Source: a virus
Virus record (IMG/VR): IMGVR_UViG_3300045988_161046
Span: 1 to 64,000 of that record
Length of the DNA stretch: 64,000 nucleotides
Strand: one strand, 5' to 3'
In this document: piece by piece, positions 48,200 through 55,766 of the stretch
Position numbering within the stretch: the stretch's first letter is position 1
How the letters are laid out: each line of letters starts with the position of its first letter
The notes under the pieces: generated by a model
The model's database searches: none
The model's input: only the letters and a program-made list of their open reading frames with translations
What the model was told of the DNA's origin: nothing
Position numbers and translations under genes: made by a program

Positions 48200-48322
48200 T
48201 TATTTGAATGCTCCAGCCAGAAGTGGCAGGAAGAACACAGCTACGCCGATGGTAGAGAATAGCAGCACGGCTACACCTACCAGGGCGATGGCTGCAACGG
48301 AATATGTAATTACTTTTTTCAT
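48200..48322 (-). CDS. 40-aa hydrophobic membrane peptide (below the ORF-track cutoff)
   Basis: My own translation gives MKKVITYSVAAIALVGVAVLLFSTIGVAVFFLPLLAGAFK. Confidence 0.45.
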   Translation of the reverse strand: MKKVITYSVAAIALVGVAVLLFSTIGVAVFFLPLLAGAFK

Positions 48323-48397
48323 AATGCTATAATCTTTTTAAAGTATTAAAATTGATGTTTATAATTTTATCTCAGCATCGGTAAAGTTTTGCCGATG

Positions 48398-48583
48398 CTA
48401 TAATGAAGGGTTTTCCTGCGCCTTTAAGGTCGCAGCCTCGATAGCGCGTACAATATCCGTGATATATCTGCTGCCTCCATGTTTTCTTATCCAGTTGTGA
48501 ACGTCATTGGGTACTACGTATTTATGCACGCTGCCCTCGGCTGCGCGTCTGCCTCTCTTATTCGTTGTTTTAATATTCTCCAT
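48398..48583 (-). CDS. small RHH-like DNA-binding protein
   Basis: The sequence RGRRAAEGSVHKYVVPNDVHNWIRKHGGSRYITDIVRAIEAA fits a beta-alpha-alpha pattern. It is divergent from the plus-strand RNA unit. Confidence 0.45.
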   Translation of the reverse strand: MENIKTTNKRGRRAAEGSVHKYVVPNDVHNWIRKHGGSRYITDIVRAIEAATLKAQENPSL

Positions 48584-48677
48584 AAAAATCCGCTTATCCG
48601 TGATGCAGTAGGGCTGTAAATTTATTAAAATTCTATAATAATTCGGGTGAAATGATACAATGTATCGTTTTATTCCT

Positions 48678-48685
48678 TAAATTTG
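48678..48685 (+). promoter_or_regulatory. -7 box TAAATTTG on the plus strand
   Basis: It matches TAnnTTTG. It points into an ORF-free stretch antisense to the surrounding genes. Confidence 0.45.
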
Positions 48686-48704
48686 CACTCGTCTTCGGAA
48701 GGCT

Positions 48705-48750
48705 TTTAATCGTACCTTTATGGATATTGATTTAATCGTACCTTTATGGA
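48705..48750 (+). repeat. two spacerless tandem copies of TTTAATCGTACCTTTATGGA (26-bp period); the second is followed by ATGGAAAG
   Basis: Read directly. Read as CTTTTAATCGTACCTTTATGGAATGGAAAG, it resembles 30-nt class 1 (Cas6-processed) repeats that end in ATTGAAA-N. Confidence 0.8.
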
Positions 48751-48826
48751 ATGGAAAGAGCAATAAAAACTTCCGTTGACGGTCAGACTTTCAAAAGTCT
48801 GTGGATTTAAACGCTCTTAATGAGCC

Positions 48827-48867
48827 AAATTTCTACTATAGTAGATTCGAGACGCCAGACTCGCAGT
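48827..48867 (+). CRISPR. solitary type V-A (Cas12a) repeat 3' handle AAATTTCTACTATAGTAGAT plus a 21-nt guide-like segment TCGAGACGCCAGACTCGCAGT
   Basis: The handle matches the consensus AAUUUCUACU-N3-5-GUAGAU (stem UCUAC/GUAGA, loop UAUA). The orientation agrees with the plus-strand promoter and terminator. There is only a single unit and no cas gene in the window. Confidence 0.6.
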
Positions 48868-48892
48868 GCCCCGGCTTAGGTCGGGGCTTTTT
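48868..48892 (+). terminator. intrinsic terminator GCCCCG-gcttaggt-CGGGGC + TTTTT
   Basis: A 6-bp GC stem is followed by a T5 tract on the plus strand only. It overlaps the stop codon of 48876..49268 on the other strand. Confidence 0.7.
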
Positions 48893-49268
48893 CGTTTCGT
48901 GCATAAACGCCAATTTTATGAAACTCCAACGTCGTGTGGTTATCAGGATAACTACAGTCCTCAAACATAACCCAATAACCTTGCTTGTCCAGGAATATCT
49001 GACCGATTGAGCTTGCAAAGTCCTTTGGTTCGCCTGCCAATCTATTGCATATTATCCTAGTCAAGTCTTTATAAGGCTGTCTTTGTTCGTCTATGATACG
49101 GAAAGAGTATATATTCTTATCTCTTCCGGTAATCGTCAGCGTGGTTATTAACCCTTCGATCGTTCCAACTCTTTTGTATGTATCACCCTTACACTCCAAA
49201 GACTCACCATTATCAAACAATCGTCTTGCAAGAAACGTTGTCGTATTGCTACAAATAATCTCAGACAT
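48876..49268 (-). CDS. hypothetical protein
   Basis: Taken from the ORF track. Confidence 0.55.
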   Translation of the reverse strand: MSEIICSNTTTFLARRLFDNGESLECKGDTYKRVGTIEGLITTLTITGRDKNIYSFRIIDEQRQPYKDLTRIICNRLAGEPKDFASSIGQIFLDKQGYWVMFEDCSYPDNHTTLEFHKIGVYARNEKAPT

Positions 49269-49309
49269 AATTATTCCGCTTAACCGTGATGCGCCTAGGG
49301 CTGAAATGA

Positions 49310-49840
49310 TTATTCCTTAAAATTTACACCTTTGAGCGGATCATTATCACCGCTGTTCTCAATCCTGATGCCTTCCGGCTTTTCCAGAAGGAGTTTTCTC
49401 GTAGCCTCCAGCATCATAATGGTGTGGATGGTGGCCTGTCTTGCGTGATAATCTGAGCCGGCATCATCCACATACTGCTTATTCATGCGGACCAACGTGT
49501 TCAGGAAGTCAGCGCACTCCTCGCGGCTCGGATTCTTCACGTGAACCTCGCAGGTAACAGCCTTCATGAAGTACTCCATACCCTTCTTCAATAAGGTTCT
49601 TATTCTGCCCGTATCAGGGTGCTGTCCTATCATCTGGTGAATCTTGATTCTCAGGCTGCACCCATGGCGAGGGAAACCGATGCGGTAATCATCGCCTACC
49701 TCCTCCTTTTCCTCGTCGATGTAATCTACCTTTGCGATAAAACCGCAATCCTTATCAGTGCAGACAAGGAAGTCGCACTCACCACGCTTGTGATTTCGCA
49801 GCGTGTCTATAATAAACAGGGGAATTTCTCTTTTTGCCAT
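49310..49840 (-). CDS. hypothetical protein
   Basis: Taken from the ORF track. Confidence 0.55.
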   Translation of the reverse strand: MAKREIPLFIIDTLRNHKRGECDFLVCTDKDCGFIAKVDYIDEEKEEVGDDYRIGFPRHGCSLRIKIHQMIGQHPDTGRIRTLLKKGMEYFMKAVTCEVHVKNPSREECADFLNTLVRMNKQYVDDAGSDYHARQATIHTIMMLEATRKLLLEKPEGIRIENSGDNDPLKGVNFKE

Positions 49841-49853
49841 ATCTCCAAGTATT

Positions 49854-50078
49854 TTATGATTCTTTGTACAGCTGACAGTACAGCTCTGATCTCATGCGCT
49901 TGATATAGAAGACCACTTCGCCGGGTGCTGGCTGATAGTCTGATTTTACAAACATTGCATTTTCGCCATCTGTGGCTACATACTTTTCCATCCCGTAAGT
50001 ATTCTTAGGGATGCTACCCTCATAGTAGCTTTTAGCTACAGAGGATAGCTGCAAAGGTGATAATATCATTTTTTCCAT
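49854..50078 (-). CDS. hypothetical protein
   Basis: Taken from the ORF track. Confidence 0.5.
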   Translation of the reverse strand: MEKMILSPLQLSSVAKSYYEGSIPKNTYGMEKYVATDGENAMFVKSDYQPAPGEVVFYIKRMRSELYCQLYKES

Positions 50079-50082
50079 ATTC

Positions 50083-50307
50083 TTATAAATCTATATTAGT
50101 ACCAGGAAGACCGAACCATTCTGGATAAAGCTTTTCTATCGGATCTCCCTCGCCCCAATTATTCAACATATTAATATCATTGTCGCAGTAAATATCCCAA
50201 CCTTTTTCACGAAGGTAAGTTTTTACATGTTTCTTAGATGTTGCTGTAATGTGCATATACGCACGGCTTGCGTGATTATATACAGAGTAAGTTCTAATTC
50301 TTGCCAT
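50083..50307 (-). CDS. hypothetical protein
   Basis: Taken from the ORF track. Confidence 0.5.
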   Translation of the reverse strand: MARIRTYSVYNHASRAYMHITATSKKHVKTYLREKGWDIYCDNDINMLNNWGEGDPIEKLYPEWFGLPGTNIDL

Positions 50308-50327
50308 AATCTATAAATCTTTAAACG

Positions 50328-50933
50328 TTAAAAAATAAGCGAAAAACGCTGCTTAACATCGAGTTCAAACTTTTCCTTGCTCACAGGATCGATGTCAGCA
50401 TGCTCGTCGCACCAAAATTCCCAAGCCTCGAAAGCTTCATCTTCATCGTCAAAACCATCAAAACTGAATGATGTAACACTCTTAGATGTTGATACTTCGA
50501 TGTTGGCAGGGTAGAACTTAATTCCGTGAATGCGGGTAAGACCTTTCTTGTTGACTGCATAGTCTTTGATGTCCTCGGAATTGTCGATGTATGAAGGAAT
50601 CTTGTCATACACATAAGCCTGATAAAGCGCCTCAATCTCCTCCTCGTTGCAGTCTTCGAGTTCCTTTACTCGCCAGGTACCGTAATCGTTGTCGTAATCA
50701 ATCTGGCCAGTCTCATCCTCGATATTGTCGCGACCTTCCAAAAGAACATTACCAGCACGATCAAGAAGCTGCCACTGCTCATTAGGAAGCGGATTGCCGT
50801 CGATGTCGGTATCATTGATGATGTCATCCTCTCTGATAACGTCAGCCAATGATTGTACGCTAGGTACGAAAATAATTTTTCTACCGTTGAGGTTCTTGAT
50901 GTTAAAAGCTACGATAATCTTATCTGTTGTCAT
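50328..50933 (-). CDS. strongly acidic protein (D/E-rich throughout)
   Basis: Taken from the ORF track. There are many D/E runs, for example DNIEDETGQIDYDNDY and FDGFDDEDEAFEAWEFW. Confidence 0.6.
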   Translation of the reverse strand: MTTDKIIVAFNIKNLNGRKIIFVPSVQSLADVIREDDIINDTDIDGNPLPNEQWQLLDRAGNVLLEGRDNIEDETGQIDYDNDYGTWRVKELEDCNEEEIEALYQAYVYDKIPSYIDNSEDIKDYAVNKKGLTRIHGIKFYPANIEVSTSKSVTSFSFDGFDDEDEAFEAWEFWCDEHADIDPVSKEKFELDVKQRFSLIF

Positions 50934-51024
50934 ATTTCTCTGCTCATGCCCTTGAGACTTATTTGGCTATCTGGCACAGCCTGTTATTATTATTGTTGTT
51001 ATTATCTTCTTGTTTTATCTGATG

Positions 51025-51032
51025 CAAAGGTA
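51025..51032 (-). promoter_or_regulatory. -7 box TACCTTTG with TTTG 20 nt upstream (minus strand)
   Basis: The minus-strand reading is TTTG-N20-TACCTTTG. It lies about 90 nt upstream of the ATG at 50933. Confidence 0.55.
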
Positions 51033-51182
51033 CTAATAATTTTTGAAACTACCAAATAAAATGCACTTTAATTGCATATTTAGGTGCGTTTTTAACGTTT
51101 TATTACGTTTCTAATGCTCAATACCCCGTTTATCAGTCATTTGTTCGCCGTGAAGTGTCGATCCTCACATCTTCTATAGATG

Positions 51183-51225
51183 TTGCCAGCCGTGGCAGCG
51201 ATAAGCAAAGGCAAGGTGGTTAAGG
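51183..51225 (+). repeat. degenerate R1-like element (E9) followed by an inverted R2 tract (51226-51256)
   Basis: The sequence is ttGCCAGCCGTGGCAGCGATAAGCAAAGGCAAGGTGGTTAAGG. Its tail matches those of E4/E6, but the hairpin differs (TGCCA/TGGCA). Confidence 0.6.
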
Positions 51226-51260
51226 CTTTTTTACCTTTTTACCCTTTTACCTTTAAAAAT

Positions 51261-51289
51261 CTGCTGCTATCCTCACGGACCGCAGACAG
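51261..51289 (+). other. hairpin CTGCTGC / GCAG(A)CAG with conserved loop TATCCTCACGGACC
   Basis: It has a 7-bp stem with one bulge. The loop matches the hairpins at 38946-38960 and 62194-62208. Confidence 0.6.
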
Positions 51290-51473
51290 CTGAGTTAAAC
51301 TAAAACAAATGCGAACGCCTTCGCACATAAACATTTAATTTTTAAAGTTATTTAAAAGAATAATTGCACCCCGCCGTGGTGTCGCTCCACCTTTTGCCGG
51401 TCTGCCGGACGGGGTAGGGGAAGGCTCTCAGGCTTCCCCTGATATGATTGATTTTGCATGATGGATAAACATC

Positions 51474-52031
51474 CTATGCCGCATCACCTTGCGCATAGCG
51501 CTTATTGTGGCAGGCCTTATATTCCTCCTCGGTCATACCTTTCTCAGTAAGATAATTCTCCCATTGACCTTCACGGATGTACTCCTCTTTCTTTTCCTCG
51601 AAGGTATGAGGAGCGAAGCTCTCAGCAACGTAATAAGCCTCACATCGCAGTTCGATGCCATCGCCTATCCACTGTCCTGATAATAGACGGTTCTCCTCGT
51701 CCGGGTCTTCCTCATCCTCCTCCATCTGCTCATCGAAATGCTCGATAGCGTATTTAATTATCGTGCGGATGTCCTTCGCCCATGAGCTGGTATCGTCAGG
51801 GCTGATATTGCATTCCTGCAGTACCATATTCACCAGCTCGTCGATACCCTTGCGACTCTTGATGTATGCGTTGTGATAGAAGTCGAAAGGGATGATGTGA
51901 TCCAACTTCCAGTCCTTCTCCTCATTGACCGATGGTCGGCCGTATGCCTTGCGGCTCTCTTCTGTTACCTGCACTTCTTCTACATTCTCAATAACGTTCA
52001 TACCGTTCTCTTTATTATTCTTTGCTTCCAT
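51474..52031 (-). CDS. acidic hypothetical protein (start trimmed to MEAKNNK)
   Basis: The ORF track gives 51474..52049. The region upstream of 52031 aligns with the conserved leader motif of the neighbouring genes. Confidence 0.55.
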   Translation of the reverse strand: MEAKNNKENGMNVIENVEEVQVTEESRKAYGRPSVNEEKDWKLDHIIPFDFYHNAYIKSRKGIDELVNMVLQECNISPDDTSSWAKDIRTIIKYAIEHFDEQMEEDEEDPDEENRLLSGQWIGDGIELRCEAYYVAESFAPHTFEEKKEEYIREGQWENYLTEKGMTEEEYKACHNKRYAQGDAA

Positions 52032-52097
52032 AATTTCTAAATTTTTCATGTTGTTATAAATATTGTGATTGATATATTGCCCTATAATTTGGGAGAT

Positions 52098-52421
52098 TTA
52101 GAAATCTCCCTCCATATAGACTTCGCCCTCCTGGGAGTAATCGCGATATAATTTCTTCGTGATAGTCATTCCAGATGTTTCTATCTTCCTAGGGATGATT
52201 AATCGGGAATCAATATCGCAATCATCGCAGAACACCCACAGGTCGGAATCTTTTTCCTTTTCGTACACCAGTATGCCCGCCGTTTTTCTGAAGGCTCTGG
52301 CAGCCGTGCCCATGCCACACCTGATTACTACCATATCTTCCTCGGTTGACCACCAGCCTACAGCCACCGGCTTCACTACCTTGTTGCCGATAGTCAATAT
52401 ATAAGTATATTCTTTTCTCAT
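52098..52421 (-). CDS. hypothetical protein (start trimmed to MRKEYTY)
   Basis: The ORF track gives 52098..52466. The conserved leader TATTATAGAACGTGTAAAAAATTAGAAGTT precedes the ATG at 52421. Confidence 0.5.
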   Translation of the reverse strand: MRKEYTYILTIGNKVVKPVAVGWWSTEEDMVVIRCGMGTAARAFRKTAGILVYEKEKDSDLWVFCDDCDIDSRLIIPRKIETSGMTITKKLYRDYSQEGEVYMEGDF

Positions 52422-52426
52422 AACTT

Positions 52427-52783
52427 CTAATTTTTTACACGTTCTATAATATTCGTATAATACCACACTACTGCCTGCGCCATCGCATCTTTCAATGCCT
52501 CCAGATACTTGTCGATAGCTGCCGGCGTATCGGTATTGATATGCTTATCTGGATATTTGTCGCCCTGGTCGCCACTGCCCAGATGGATGATGCAGAAGGA
52601 GCGGTCCGTGTCGTGGGTAGCTACCATACCACGGCGCTTGCAAAGTGACACTACCTTGTCGAAATATTGTGGCTCGAAGGTGATTACCTGGAGCACACTC
52701 CAGGGATATTCCTGGGCAGTCAGCAGGATTTTGCCCTGCTGCTGCGAAATAGCGAAATTATATATAACCGATGATTTCTTCAT
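52427..52783 (-). CDS. hypothetical protein
   Basis: Taken from the ORF track. Confidence 0.55.
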   Translation of the reverse strand: MKKSSVIYNFAISQQQGKILLTAQEYPWSVLQVITFEPQYFDKVVSLCKRRGMVATHDTDRSFCIIHLGSGDQGDKYPDKHINTDTPAAIDKYLEALKDAMAQAVVWYYTNIIERVKN

Positions 52784-52826
52784 TTTCTATCTGTTCTATA
52801 ATGAGTGATTTCTAATTTTTCCGATG

Positions 52827-52866
52827 GGCAATAATAGGGCAGCGCTCAGGCTGCCTTATTATTGCC
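52827..52866 (-). terminator. long hairpin GGCAATAATA(G)GGCAGC / GCTGCC(T)TATTATTGCC
   Basis: It has roughly a 16-bp stem and overlaps the last codons of 52846..53484. There is no clear U-tract. Confidence 0.45.
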
Positions 52867-53484
52867 AGGGTATGTGATAAACTCGGAGATGCTCATCTGC
52901 TCGAAGATGTTGTAATAAGCCATTATTTCCAGGCGATCATCGCCGTTCTTAGCCCCGATTTCAGCCTTCACTATATAATACAGCATGTAGGCAAGATAGG
53001 CTTCCTGACAGTCGCTCGTATGGTTAAATAAGGCTGCACGGTTCCAGTCTTTAATATCATTACTCAGAAAGGACCAGAACCCATCGCTGGAAGAGTGATT
53101 TTCCTTGATCCAGACGGCTATCTCTTCACGGTGATTTCTTACCTTTGCTATAATTGCCTTCTTTGCCTCGCTAGATAACCCGATTTTAACCTGGATGGTA
53201 TCGGTGCTGAAATTATAAGCCAGTGGGTGCTGAACACCTACGAAGGATAATTTAATATCTTTGCAAACATACTGCTGGAGCCAGCGTTCCCACTGCTTGG
53301 TGTATGCCTCGCAAACTGCCTTCTGGTAACTGTCTTCATTGAAGGTGAAATCCTCATCCTCTACAACTTCGTTCCGGTACTCGTAATCTGATACCTCAAA
53401 AGAAGAATCCCAGATAGTCTGATACAAGCCTTCGAAGCTTACCAGGTCGATGTTTGATACATCTAATTTCTTTTTCTTTTCCAT
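52846..53484 (-). CDS. hypothetical protein
   Basis: Taken from the ORF track. Confidence 0.55.
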   Translation of the reverse strand: MEKKKKLDVSNIDLVSFEGLYQTIWDSSFEVSDYEYRNEVVEDEDFTFNEDSYQKAVCEAYTKQWERWLQQYVCKDIKLSFVGVQHPLAYNFSTDTIQVKIGLSSEAKKAIIAKVRNHREEIAVWIKENHSSSDGFWSFLSNDIKDWNRAALFNHTSDCQEAYLAYMLYYIVKAEIGAKNGDDRLEIMAYYNIFEQMSISEFITYPGNNKAA

Positions 53485-53541
53485 AACCTTAAAATTTTAA
53501 ATGTTCTATAATATGTTATTTTTCTTTATTCCCAGGGAATC

Positions 53542-54249
53542 CTACTTTTGAGGATTCCCTGATACGATACGCACGCTATAATAAGGCGTACTGAAAGGGT
53601 ATCTTACTTCGTTAACGAAGTACTCGACAGACGGTGTACTCATTGCCAGGGTATCCTGGCAAATTACCCGTCCATTCATACCATGCACCATCATGTTAAG
53701 TGCACACATTTTACATACCAGCGGATCTGAGTCTTGAGCAATATACTGGAATGGTCGCCCAGCTGAATTGTCCAGTTTACTAGCCTCGATAAAATGAGCC
53801 AAGAGGAGTCTGCCACTGCCAGCTGCACAATCATACACCGTGATGCCTTCTATTTTCGTGCTAGTGGCTTCGTTTTTGCCAGAGCCTATAATGGAGCTCA
53901 TCAGGGTAGAAGCACTCTGAGGAGTGAAAAATTGCCCCGTTTTCGATGCCTTGCCAGCGGTTAAATACATATCCTCATACAGCATACCGAAAACGTCGAG
54001 CCACTGGCCGCGGTCCATAGTCTGGCTAACATCATTCAACCAAGCCACAGCCAAAACGCCAAACTTTGGTTTAGCCTGAAGGCGCTTCTGCTGCCAGTTT
54101 TTAAAACCGTCCAGAGTACCGTCAAAAGCCTTCACGCTGAACAGGTCAAGCAGATAGTCACAAAAATCACTGAGCGCCGTTTCGTATGGTCGCCCGTCTG
54201 CCTTCGTCTGCTGGCTCAGATAATCAATATAAAATTTCTTGTTTATCAT
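53542..54249 (-). CDS. HsdM/N6_Mtase-like AdoMet-binding protein that ends at the position of catalytic motif IV
   Basis: GQFFTPQSASTLMSSII, VYDCAAGSGRLLLA (motif I) and AQDSDPLVCKMCALNMMVHGMNGRVICQDTL follow the HsdM order. The ORF ends ...IVSGNPQK-stop where NPPF/Y would be expected. Confidence 0.6.
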   Translation of the reverse strand: MINKKFYIDYLSQQTKADGRPYETALSDFCDYLLDLFSVKAFDGTLDGFKNWQQKRLQAKPKFGVLAVAWLNDVSQTMDRGQWLDVFGMLYEDMYLTAGKASKTGQFFTPQSASTLMSSIIGSGKNEATSTKIEGITVYDCAAGSGRLLLAHFIEASKLDNSAGRPFQYIAQDSDPLVCKMCALNMMVHGMNGRVICQDTLAMSTPSVEYFVNEVRYPFSTPYYSVRIVSGNPQK

Positions 54250-54337
54250 AAATCCTCAAAAATTTAAACGTTCTATAATAAGTAATATTTCACTCGTTCT
54301 ATAAACAGATGCCCTGGATAGTCTCCAGGGCTAGCTG

Positions 54338-55162
54338 CTAGCATTCCCAGACGTGACTAACAAGCGGGTATTTTTCCAGGTCGTGTTCACGTGCCCAGCT
54401 TTTTATTGTACCGTCGGTTTTTATCAATTCATGAAATGCAGCCTCAATTTTGCGTACCTGTTCCACGTACTTTGCATAATGTTTGATACTTTCTTTATAT
54501 TTGGCTATATCCTGTCTTTTATCCAAGATATACCCGTCGATCACCCCCAGGGCTTTTTCTGCCTCCATACGGTCGCCCGTGGTCCATTCCCACGCCTCAT
54601 ATATCTTAGAGCATGCAGTAGGATAGAGTGTAATACCTGGAGCATACTCCCCGTATGAATTAATCGCAAACATAAACAGGCAGTCTTCACAAAAGCTACA
54701 ATTAAAGCCCGTCGCCTTCGTTGCAGCGTCCAGGAAGCGCTTATTTATCACTTTGCCGTCGAAGGTACTGCAAACGTCCTTAAGCGCCTTCAGGGCTATA
54801 ATTTCTTTATTTGTGCGGTCCACGAGTTTATCGACGTGTTCGCGGTACTTTCTTACTTCCTCGTTTTTCTTGCGCCGCTGCCAGGCCTTCACGGCGTTCT
54901 GGTAATCTTTTTTCGTGCCTATAATATAATTTTTTGGCTTATCTCGTTCAATAAAGCCACGGCGCATGCAAAACTCATTTCTCAGGATTCCATACTCTTT
55001 CGCGTTTTCTTCACTGCTGAAGGTTTTTGATGTTGGGACAGAAAGAGTATCATAAAACCACAGGAAAACATCTCCTGAGTCTTCAGACAAAACGCCCAGG
55101 CGGTCCGCGATATTCACGATATTTTCTTTCTCTAAATTATTTAAATCTATCTTTGTTTCCAT
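54338..55162 (-). CDS. hypothetical protein
   Basis: Taken from the ORF track. Confidence 0.55.
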   Translation of the reverse strand: METKIDLNNLEKENIVNIADRLGVLSEDSGDVFLWFYDTLSVPTSKTFSSEENAKEYGILRNEFCMRRGFIERDKPKNYIIGTKKDYQNAVKAWQRRKKNEEVRKYREHVDKLVDRTNKEIIALKALKDVCSTFDGKVINKRFLDAATKATGFNCSFCEDCLFMFAINSYGEYAPGITLYPTACSKIYEAWEWTTGDRMEAEKALGVIDGYILDKRQDIAKYKESIKHYAKYVEQVRKIEAAFHELIKTDGTIKSWAREHDLEKYPLVSHVWEC

Positions 55163-55212
55163 AATTCCTCAAAATTTAAATTGTTCTATAATATAGTGAT
55201 ATTTTACACGTT

Positions 55213-55593
55213 TTATAATTTAAAGCCTTCCTTCTCGAAATCTGAAACGAACTCTTCACGAATCGAAGTCCACACCTGAATATTACGCCTTTTATAGGTG
55301 CAATCAAATTCAACCTCAGTGCGCGCCTTAAAAACAAGGCCTATTTGTTCCGCTCCTTCGTCGGTATCTCGATACATACCTGTAGCGGTTTTAATGCCGT
55401 TTTTGGTCAAATCGACACACCATTCACGGCTTAAAATCTCGCTGAATGCCTGGCACGCCTCCTTCAGGTTTTCTGCCTGGATCTCGCTGTGCTGATTTCT
55501 TATATCGATCCAAAAATCAGCTCTCTTAATATTACCTTCTTTGTCATATGATTCTGAAGGTGTCACTGTGTAGCAAAAATGAAAAGTCTTCAT
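55213..55593 (-). CDS. hypothetical protein
   Basis: Taken from the ORF track. Confidence 0.55.
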   Translation of the reverse strand: MKTFHFCYTVTPSESYDKEGNIKRADFWIDIRNQHSEIQAENLKEACQAFSEILSREWCVDLTKNGIKTATGMYRDTDEGAEQIGLVFKARTEVEFDCTYKRRNIQVWTSIREEFVSDFEKEGFKL

Positions 55594-55766
55594 AACCTTA
55601 AAAATTTAAATGTTCTATAATATATATTTATTAATTCCTAGTGATATTTTACACCCACTATAAAAGCGGATTTTATCACCTTATTAGAAGGTGCCGGAAG
55701 TCCGCGAACCGCCTGGAGATCTCAAAATCTTTGCACCTTAATGTAAAAGCTTAGAAAAGAATATCA

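Larger units (their letters stand above)
48692..48892 (+). ncRNA. candidate roughly 200-nt plus-strand RNA carrying CRISPR-repeat-like modules (solitary repeat unit / mini-array / RNA anti-CRISPR candidate)
   Basis: It is bounded by the -7 box at 48678 and an intrinsic terminator at 48868-48892. It contains the tandem 20-nt repeat, the hairpin CAGACTTT..AAAGTCTG (48784-48801) and the Cas12a-type handle. The 5' end is only inferred. Confidence 0.55.

Noticed and set aside
48705-48892. A conventional CRISPR array
   Set aside because: There is only one Cas12a-type repeat and two abutting copies of a different repeat, with no alternating repeat-spacer series. The window has no cas genes. I therefore report it as a solitary-repeat RNA candidate, not as an array.
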